This document shows positions 57,199 to 64,000 of a stretch of DNA of 64,000 nt, piece after piece (positions within the stretch are counted from its first letter, which is position 1; each line of letters starts with the position of its first letter). Origin of the DNA: Octopus vulgaris. Lineage: Eukaryota. A program made the position numbers and the translations under genes. Where the stretch lies: the NCBI GenBank assembly GCA_951406725.2, contig OX597818.1, positions 81,902,001 through 81,966,000 on the forward strand, given 5' to 3'. The notes below the pieces were generated by a model. It searched no databases, had not been told where the DNA came from, and was given only the letters and a program-made list of their open reading frames with translations.

Positions 57199-57588
57199 GG
57201 ATGGAAGCACTCCGTCGGTTACGACGACGAGGGTTCCGGTTGATCCGAATCAACGGAACAGCCTGCTCGTGAAATTAACGTGTAAGTGGCTGAACACTCC
57301 ACAGACACGTGTACCCTTAACGTAGTTCTCGGGGATATTCAGCGTGACACAGAGAGTGACAAGGCCGGCCCTTTGAAATACAGGTACAACATAAACAGGA
57401 AGTAAGAGTGAGAGATATTTGTGGTGAAAGAGTACAGCAGGGATCACCACCATCCCCTGCCGGAGCCTCGTGGAGCTTTAGGTGTTTTCGCTCAATAAAC
57501 ACTCACAGCGCCCGGTCTGGGAATCGAAACCGCGATCCTATGACCGCGAGTCCGCTGCCCTAACCACTGGGCCATTGCGCCTATACGG
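57199..57588 (-). mobile_element. SINE family C, full-length with 10-bp TSD
   Basis: tRNA-like head GGCGCAATGGCCCAGTGGTTAGGGCAGCGGACTCGCGG..GGTTTCGATTCCC. AGCAAAAACT is repeated at 57189-98 and 57589-98. Confidence 0.93.
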
Positions 57589-58894
57589 AGCAAAAACTAC
57601 TTCTTGCGTAAATCAAGAAATGCAGCTAGATGTAAACTGAGACACACACAAACTGCAAACAATCCTACAGTTATTTATGGAGTATATTAGCTGACCAATT
57701 TTTAAAATATCGAAAGAACTAGAAATATTTAACTATGTACCTCCACACTTCATGTGAGTGATAGCTTGCTTTATTAAGGAAGAAATACATTCCACAGAGC
57801 TATCCGCACGATATTGCAATATTTTAGAAATAGAATAGTTATCTGGTTTAATTCACCTTATAGCTCATATTACTTAAATAGAGCGGGTATCTTTGAAACA
57901 CTGATGAACTATGACTTACACATTATGAGACATTATAAATTTCTGAACACGGATTCGGTCAGAGACAACTAAAGCTGTTTAAGAAAGATCTCAGACTACA
58001 GACAAAAAAAGAACCGATATATTTATAGAATCAGCCTTTTACTGAACGGCACTTTATTGAAACTATTTTTATCCAATTACCGTTCCTTAGAAGAAAGTTA
58101 TAAAAATATTTTTGCAAGATAATTAAAATTATAAAGTAAGTTCAAATATAGAAATTTTTTTAATATAAAAGCTATAGATCGCAGTTAAATTTAAATATAT
58201 TATATTACTAAACAATAGAATTTATAGGACAAACTCCAATATAGAATGACTTTTAGGATAAAATACGTGCTACAGATCCCAATATTTTAAAGATTTCAGT
58301 ATTTTTTAATTTGAAATAATAAAAGAATTTCCATCTGAAAATTTAATTTTGAAAAGCAATTATCTTGCATTAAAATGTGTATAGGATAATCTGTGGGTTT
58401 ATTTATATTCTAAGTGTAATTGCATGAGATGAGTGTTTCTTTATGCGTGCACATTAAATTTATCCACTACACATTTGTATTTAAATGTATGAATGGTGCA
58501 CATATGTGTATTTTTGCAGGTGAAAAGAGGGCAGATATGTCATACACAGAATTAAAAGTACTACTGTTTATCTCTATATGCTCACTCATGAGGTATATAT
58601 GCATGATAGGGAATGAGACGCAGTTAAATATAATAGTTTTATTTGGTTTTATGACAATCTCAATAACAACATAATAATTGATTCATTCAACCGGTCAGTG
58701 GATCAAAACGAAATTTCAACTTCAAAGTATATTTTAAACCAATGCAGTTGTGGCAGTGAATGAGAGTACAGTTATTCAACAAAGGTCACGCGGTGTCACG
58801 GTTTGATGTTGGTATTTCAGCGACAAACATTATGTATGTATGTATGTATGTATGTATGTATGTATGTATGTATGTATGTATGTATGTATGCATG

Positions 58895-58981
<87 letters not shown>

Positions 58982-59067
58982 TTATATACTTATACACACA
59001 AGGTTACACATGCATTCATATGGGCATACACAAGAGAAATGGATTATATACGACTATATATATGTAA

Positions 59068-59107
<40 letters not shown>

Positions 59108-59120
59108 ACCTACCTATATA

Positions 59121-59728
59121 CAAACATTCTATAATTATGAGCATAATTATAATTAGGGTTCAGCAAAATTTGCTTCTCTACATACCGAAATTTAGAAATC
59201 ACAGTTAAAATTCTATTCTACTACCATAAGATATCTCCCAGACAACAATACTCAACAACTCAGGTAGGTAAAAAGAAAAAATAAGGAATCCACCCTGCCG
59301 TGATTAACTATATACGCGTTTCGGGGTTAGAGAGATGTAAAAAATGTAAAATCATATTTCTACTCACTCATTCCCTTCGTCAGTACAGCAATTCAAATTT
59401 TAAATTTGAGAGCATTGATAATTAATATACGTATTCGACCAAGCGCCATCAAATAGCATGTATCCAAAGACCACTTCCGAATTAAACAGACGAAGGAGAT
59501 CTCGTATTCATCCTCAATCACCCACGTGTGCCAACGAGAAAATTCCGTAGAAACTGTAGGGAGAGAATTATATTATCAATAATAATAATGGGTAAAATTA
59601 ATTAATCAATTAATAATTAATAATTTTACCAAGTAGATCCGTATGTTAAAAGAACCATTATCGGTAAACTTATACAACAATTCTATAATTATGAACATAA
59701 TTATAATTAGGGTTCAGCAAAATTTGCA
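59121..59728 (-). mobile_element. Non-coding unit of about 555 bp with terminal direct repeats and an internal hammerhead
   Basis: ATTCTATAATTATGA.CATAATTATAATTAGGGTTCAGCAAAATTTGC at about 59126-59173 and 59680-59727. Hammerhead at 59307-59389. Confidence 0.75.
59307..59389 (-). ncRNA. Type I hammerhead ribozyme with intact core
   Basis: Minus strand GCTGTA-CTGACGA-AGGG..GAG...CTC..CCCC-GAAA-CGCG-TA-TATAGT. Stem I has G-U pairs, stem III is palindromic, GUA triplet. Confidence 0.8.
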
Positions 59729-60014
59729 AAGCCGCAAGGTATATACAGTTAATCAGAGCCGGGTGGATTCGTTATTTTTTCTCTTTACCTGCGTAAGTTG
59801 TTAAGTATTATTTCCAGGGAGATATCTTATGGTAGTAGAATAGTATTTTAACTGCTAGGGTTAGGATTAGGTGAATCGAAGAACAGGGTACTTCCAGACT
59901 TAAGTAATAATTATATTTCACATAAATGGTTGTTTTGTGTGAAAGGATCATACTTACTCCAAAAAATAAGACAGTAGCATGGAGTAACCATGTATAAAAT
60001 TCCAACAGTCATTA

Positions 60015-60630
60015 AGCAGTACAAATCAGTTGATTCAGTACTTGATGAAAATCAAGCTGTCTATTACCCAAGAGAGTTCCTTAATTATCTTTAACCACCT
60101 GGAACTCCACCATATAAAATTTTTCTGAAGGTAGGAGTCCTAATAATGCTTCTGCGAAATTTAGATCCTCTTAAATTATGCAATGGGACAACGTTGATTG
60201 TAAAGACATTATCATCTAATGGAATAGAAGCTAGCAGCATCATCAATGGATGTGTCTCTACAGAAGAGGTTTTCATTCTAAGAATTCCAATGAAACCAAC
60301 AGAAATGCCATTTGAATTCAAACGGACCCTATTTCTAGTGCGAATTTGCTTTGCAATGCCTATTAATAAAGCTCAAGGTCAGGTTTTGAAATCTACTGGA
60401 TTGCACTTAATTGAGCCTTGAATTTTCTCATGGTCAGCTTTATGTTGGTTGTTTCAGGGCTGGGAGTTCGAAAGACTTATTTGTCTATGCTCTAAACCAC
60501 AAAACAATGTTGTTTACCCAGAAGCTCTCACGTAATTTCCCTCAACAAACATCTATACAACATATTTTGCTTTTCCTTCCAATATATAACGAAAAATTTA
60601 ATTCCCGAACAAAGCAAAGTGCCTCTGCTA

Positions 60631-60631
<1 letters not shown>
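60015..60631 (+). mobile_element. Helitron 3' end with PIF1-like helicase pseudogene fragment
   Basis: [85 protein letters not shown]. Ends ...CTGCTAG|T at 60631. Confidence 0.92.
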
Positions 60632-60679
<48 letters not shown>

Positions 60680-60682
60680 TCA

Positions 60683-60833
60683 AAGAGATACCACCACGCT
60701 TGAAATAGCAGCCAAAATTTGACTTTGAAACCACATTAAAAGTTCATACACCCCCAGGAGAGTGCTTTATGAACTTTTAATGTGGTTTTAGAGTCAAATT
60801 TTGGCTGCTATTTCAAGCGTGGTGGTATCTCTT
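60683..60833. repeat. Near-perfect hairpin: 66-bp arms, 19-nt loop
   Basis: 60683-60748 pairs with 60768-60833 with only two non-Watson-Crick positions. Confidence 0.96.
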
Positions 60834-60934
60834 AGATACCCTAAATCATGATTTTAATAATTATTATTATCTTTGAAGGCTTTTATTCCCATGCTTTCCA
60901 CCTGATAATCTCGATATTTAAATAAAGTTCTTAT

Positions 60935-61029
<95 letters not shown>

Positions 61030-61039
61030 TATATATACC

Positions 61040-61455
61040 GTGGATGGGAAGGGGAAGGTGATGAACCTCATTCGTATATTTTTAAATTCGGCGGTACTGA
61101 CGTTGAATTTGATCTGTCTGATACCGTTAGTTGGAGAGATATGTTCAGTTCTTCCAGTACCTTCGAATTTAATATTTTTAATATTTAATATTGTGAAGTC
61201 CCATGTTGATGAAGAAAATGTTCGGGTAAAGTATAAATTAAACATTCTTCATACCGATCTAATTCCGAAACGCGTACATGGGTAATCTAATATCGATTGA
61301 TTTTCGTTATTTTTCCTCTCTGCCTTCGTGGATTGTTTTCGAGTAATTTGTTTTTTTCCGGGAGTCTCTTTTTAAAGTAGAGGAAATAGGTTCTCTGGCT
61401 GCTATTTCTAAACTTCTGTATGTGGTAAAGCAAATCTTTGCTGAACCCTATTATA
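61040..61455 (+). mobile_element. Diverged relative of the 59.1-59.7 kb hammerhead unit, opposite orientation
   Basis: Contains the reverse complement of TAGGGTTCAGCAAA.ATTTGCTT..CACATAC.GAA.TTTAGAAAT (about 61405-61450) and the same GAAACGCGTA hammerhead at a similar spacing. Confidence 0.72.
61200..61282 (+). ncRNA. Type I hammerhead motif, U3 variant
   Basis: CCCATG-TTGATGA-...TTCC-GAAA-CGCG-TA-CATGGG. Perfect 6-bp stem I, with C3 replaced by U. Confidence 0.72.
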
Positions 61456-61458
61456 AAG

Positions 61459-61559
<101 letters not shown>

Positions 61560-61595
61560 AAGAGAGAGTGAGAGAGAGAGAGAGTGAGAGGCACA

Positions 61596-62380
61596 TACAT
61601 ATAAGAGTTTAATTAAGATAAAATAAGAAATGTCCTATCTGAAACATATATTGATATATTAAAGATATAAATATATAGATATGTAAACATAATATAGAGA
61701 AAAATAAGGAAATATTGAAAAACGACGTTTGTTTTGGAATTCAAAATGTAATATTAAGTAAATAGGCATGAAAAGAGTTTCGGGTAACATATTAGAGGAA
61801 AATAAGGTGTTCCAACGATCCTTTCTGGAGTACATTCGGGCAGATTACATATGAATCTTAGGATTCTTTTCCACTTTGCAATATTTTCTGTTACAAAACA
61901 ATATATCGCCAATACAAATATATATTTTTAAAAAGTCAGTAAACAATCTAATTTTTCTCCCATCATCTCCCATAAAAAATTTCAATAATTTGCATAGCTT
62001 TATCTGCTCTTTTATAAAGCATCAAATTATTTTAGACCTGGTAAGGGACTAAATCCAAATCTAGCGTAATCTCTATTTTCCCCTGAAGATGGGGGCATCA
62101 TCTGCACAAAGGATCGTTGGAACACCTTATTATCCTCAAACATGTTACCCAAAACTCTTTTTAATGCTTATTACTTTCTCTATATTACATTTAGAATTTT
62201 TAAAGTTCGTATTTTTTTCTTCATTTCATTGTTTTTATCTATGTTATCTTTACATATCTATATATCTATATGTCCGTGTTTCTTTTAAGTATTCACATGT
62301 TTCTATATTTCTAATATATCAATATATATTTCACATTGGAAAATTCTTATTTTATTCTAATTAAACCCTTCTATGTATGT
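61596..62380. repeat. Diverged inverted repeat pair (about 61596-61824 and 62108-62380)
   Basis: AATAAGGTGTTCCAACGATCCTTT pairs with AAAGGATCGTTGGAACACCTTATT. Further matching blocks extend outward (GGGTAACAT/ATGTTACCC, ATATTGATATATT/AATATATCAATAT). Confidence 0.85.
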
Positions 62381-62497
62381 ATTAATCATAGTCTGTCTAA
62401 TCCCAAGCCTTTCTATTGTATCTATTATACTTGTCATGCACCTCGGGTTCGATTTGAGCACTTCTTCGCTATCTATGATTTTCGAAACAAAATTATA

Positions 62498-62560
<63 letters not shown>

Positions 62561-62856
62561 GTGTGTATGTGTATGAGTGTGAATGTTTGTATGTGTGTTT
62601 GTATCCACACGTCGTATTGGAAATTTTAGTAGTCGAAGTTTTCCGCATAAAACCACCTCAATCCACATTGTTTCTAAATAATATGCTATCAAAACTTTAT
62701 GGAAATATTCACTTTCATCACTTAAAATTCTAACAAATTCTTCATATTTTCATGTAACATTGACTGGAGGTATATCATCAGGAGTTTCAAAATATTTGAT
62801 GTGTAAAAATATTCTAGATTTTTCAGTTTATCAGTTCATCATTTTTTATCATTCTG

Positions 62857-62857
<1 letters not shown>

Positions 62858-62948
<91 letters not shown>
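62858..62948. repeat. (CTAT)n microsatellite
   Basis: Directly visible. Confidence 0.97.
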
Positions 62949-63518
62949 GGTTGTATATGTATATATCATTTTTAGGAGTATACTTCTGTTTTATGGAACA
63001 TTAGGCAGCCATAACCCTAAGAGTAATCGAACACAGGCCTATAATCTAAGGAAGACTAATTTTAACTTTGGGAATTGCAAAGATCAATATATTATATATT
63101 ATATATCACTAATTTCTAGATTCTGCTTGTCTTTATTCAGACTGACGATGTTCTCTGGTCTTGATTACGCATATATGCATATATATATATATATATATAT
63201 GTATGAATGTATGCATGCATGTATGCATGTATGCATGTATGTATGTTTGTATTTATGTATGAATGTATGTATGTATGTGTGTATGTATGTATATGTATAG
63301 GAATCTGTATATGTGTGTATGTTTGTATCTAGGTATTTATATATGTATATGTGTACGTACACAGACACAAAAATACGCGCGGGCATAGACACACGAATCT
63401 GCATTCATGTATTTAAAAACAAGTTTCCATATATTTAAAATGGGATTTGCAAGACATAATTGTGACATTGTATCATTAATGGAATCGACGATATATGTTT
63501 GTATGTATGCATATATAT

Positions 63519-63568
<50 letters not shown>

Positions 63569-63646
63569 GTGTATATAAAAATATATATACATATATATAT
63601 ACATATATATACATATATATATACACATATATACATATATATATAC

Positions 63647-63686
<40 letters not shown>

Positions 63687-63955
63687 GCGCGCAAATATTC
63701 TTAGCTGTAAATACAATATAATAAACAATTAGTGATTGGAAGAGAGTAATACATAGATTTATTTTCGTAAATCCATTGTCTATTTAATGAGGAATATTTA
63801 CTTCCCTATATAGCGGAGTAAACAAAACACAGTAAGTCTAAGGGTTAGATATAGACGCAAAAACTCCCCTTGAAACATAATTAGTACATGTATAAATATA
63901 CGTACACACGGTAACACATATATATGTCCGACATACATACATATATATATAAACA

Positions 63956-63988
<33 letters not shown>

Positions 63989-64000
63989 GTATATATATAA

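Noticed and set aside
57505-57582. tRNA-like sequence
   Set aside because: It is the head of a TSD-flanked SINE and has no complete acceptor stem.
57896-57980. AAACA-CTGATGA...TGTTT possible hammerhead
   Set aside because: No GAAA-stem III-UH half; could be chance.
60146-60421. Host PIF1 helicase gene
   Set aside because: Intronless, with in-frame stops and a Helitron CTAG terminus, so transposon-derived.

Overview
AT-rich eukaryotic DNA saturated with microsatellites. I find no intact protein-coding gene, and nearly all ORF-track entries are translations of (TA)n, (CA)n, (AAT)n or (TACA)n repeats. The recurring SINE families resemble those I recall from octopus genomes, so this is probably intronic or intergenic octopus DNA (inference). 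Recognisable content: a full-length decayed mariner with TIRs and TA duplication (9.3-10.6 kb), two maT/DD37D-like Tc1-mariner relics, RTE-clade LINE relics, a Helitron PIF1 3' end, several Penelope-like element (PLE) relics, at least three tRNA-derived SINE families, three copies of an (AAT)n-tailed retroposon and two long fold-backs. The most notable signal is about 15 type I hammerhead-ribozyme (HHR) motifs of the minimal PLE type (stem I-CUGANGA-stem II-GAAA-short palindromic stem III-UH-stem I'), on both strands. Several keep a complete core. Some lie behind GIY-YIG relics and others lie in small non-coding units bounded by direct or inverted repeats. All calls were made by eye, and repeat boundaries are approximate unless anchored to a quoted motif.
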